Shown piece after piece: positions 62,775 to 64,000 of a stretch of DNA of 64,000 nucleotides (position 1 is its first letter; each line of letters opens with the position of its first letter). The DNA lies in assembly GCA_051294905.1 (NCBI GenBank), contig CM119372.1, forward strand, positions 25,298,001 to 25,362,000, read 5' to 3'. This DNA comes from Botryllus schlosseri. Taxonomy: Eukaryota. The position numbers were made by a program, and so were the translations under genes. Below the pieces are notes generated by a model. The model saw only the letters and a list, made by a program, of their open reading frames with translations. It was not told where the DNA came from and searched no databases.

Positions 62775-63650
62775 TCAATCACTGACACTCATTTCAACTG
62801 CAAATTGCTTTCTGGCTGATTGGGTAGAGGATGACGCAGCTTGAGTCCTATTAATAGATGAGCTAACAATCTTTGGATTCAATTGTAGCTTATGAAAAAT
62901 CTCATATTTCTTCGAAAGATGCTTGTCAACGGAATGCGAGTCTGTGACATTAGCAAGTGGGATTGAGCTATTTTGTCCAAGGGAACCTTCTTTTTCAGTG
63001 TACTCTCTTAGCAGATGATCCGTTCCACATTCGTGAAAGAGCCGCGTGTCATGAACTCTTGCCAACAAGCCATCCACTCTGAGATAGTATCGCATTAGCA
63101 GAAAAAAACATGATGGCATCACACGTATCTTCACACTCAGTTCTGCACATCCGTGATCTGCAAGTTCATCTTCGAATAATATGGCTTGTTCAAAATACGC
63201 TATCTTTTCTCGAACTTTCAACTTCTCTAGGTTAATACGCTCTTCAGTTTGTGTCACCGAGACAGCATTAGGTTCACCGTGAACAGTGCCTTTGTAGTTA
63301 GTCGAATAAGTCCAGTCAAATGGTTTGACAGTTTGATGGATGTATTCATTGTTCTTTCGACTCTCCATCCATTCCCTCGCTACTGCGACTTTCATCAAGT
63401 CGTTTTTATTGTCGACAAGTTTCAACGCGTCCAAGGCATTGAATTCTATCCTGAAACCATTTGAATTCGATATTCCTATATGATTTTCTCCAAAGGTCAT
63501 TTCTGGGATTTGTGGTATATCAAGACGCTTACAAATTTCTTCGGACTCAACAGAAGTAAGAATAGACCCTTTTGAAGCCGATATACACCAGGGGCCAAAC
63601 TTAAAGTCTTCCTTATGCTGCCCGATCGGGGTTCCGACTCTAGCGGCCAT
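62775..63650 (-). CDS. TIPRL: TIP41-like protein (PP2A/TOR pathway regulator), intronless, 291 aa
   Basis: FGPW, IPEMTFGEN, IEFNALDAL, KPFDWTYSTNYKGT, LFEDELADHG, VKIRVMP and LRVDG are TIP41 family motifs. First ATG is 63650 (the track start at 63683 is GTG). Confidence 0.96.
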   Translation of the reverse strand: MAARVGTPIGQHKEDFKFGPWCISASKGSILTSVESEEICKRLDIPQIPEMTFGENHIGISNSNGFRIEFNALDALKLVDNKNDLMKVAVAREWMESRKNNEYIHQTVKPFDWTYSTNYKGTVHGEPNAVSVTQTEERINLEKLKVREKIAYFEQAILFEDELADHGCAELSVKIRVMPSCFFLLMRYYLRVDGLLARVHDTRLFHECGTDHLLREYTEKEGSLGQNSSIPLANVTDSHSVDKHLSKKYEIFHKLQLNPKIVSSSINRTQAASSSTQSARKQFAVEMSVSD

Positions 63651-64000
63651 TTTGGATGAAATATTATCCACCGCTAAGGACACTGCTATAGAACTCTATA
63701 TTAGCTGAACCTGAAATAAAATCATAATTTCATTTCCAAGAATTCTTCTCCGAGGTGGTATCTTTGATTACATCAGCGAGGATGAAATTGGTTGGTGAAT
63801 GCATTCAAGGTATTTGATAGTACAACGATGAGCACTAGGGCTGTTCAAAAATAACTTATTTTTCTGGATTCCAGTCGATCAGTTATCAAATTGTCAGGTC
63901 GCCTTAAAAAACGCTGCACACCAAATTTGGTTCAATGCTAACAAGCATAGGGCTCCACAGATCCAATTAAATTTTTTAATTCAAACAGGAAAATTTTTAA

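Overview
Eukaryotic (animal) genomic DNA. The compact 55-64 nt introns, several intronless housekeeping genes and co-oriented, tightly spaced genes suggest an invertebrate chordate such as an ascidian, but that is inference only. Six protein-coding genes are present, all on the minus strand. In transcription order: TIPRL (intronless), a very divergent ear-less AP-4 epsilon-like gene (intronless), IPPK (5 exons), FOXRED2 (8 exons), ECH1 (intronless) and ABCB9/TAPL (12 exons, two GC-AG introns). I assembled the exon chains by hand and all splice phases are consistent. Intergenic and intronic DNA is dominated by nested non-autonomous hAT elements with recognisable 8-bp TSDs, two decayed hAT transposases, foldback/hairpin elements, tRNA-derived SINEs and CR1/L2-type LINE fragments. 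Best leads: (i) a probable ECH1-ABCB9 operon, with splice acceptors just upstream of every start codon (possible SL trans-splicing); (ii) the ear-less, eroded AP-4 epsilon; (iii) a TAPL carrying two dileucine sorting motifs; (iv) a MITE family carrying a CRE-CLEAR-CRE palindrome; (v) a SINE/LINE pair with a shared 3' tail. No database searches were run; homology calls come from recognised motifs and recalled sequences.
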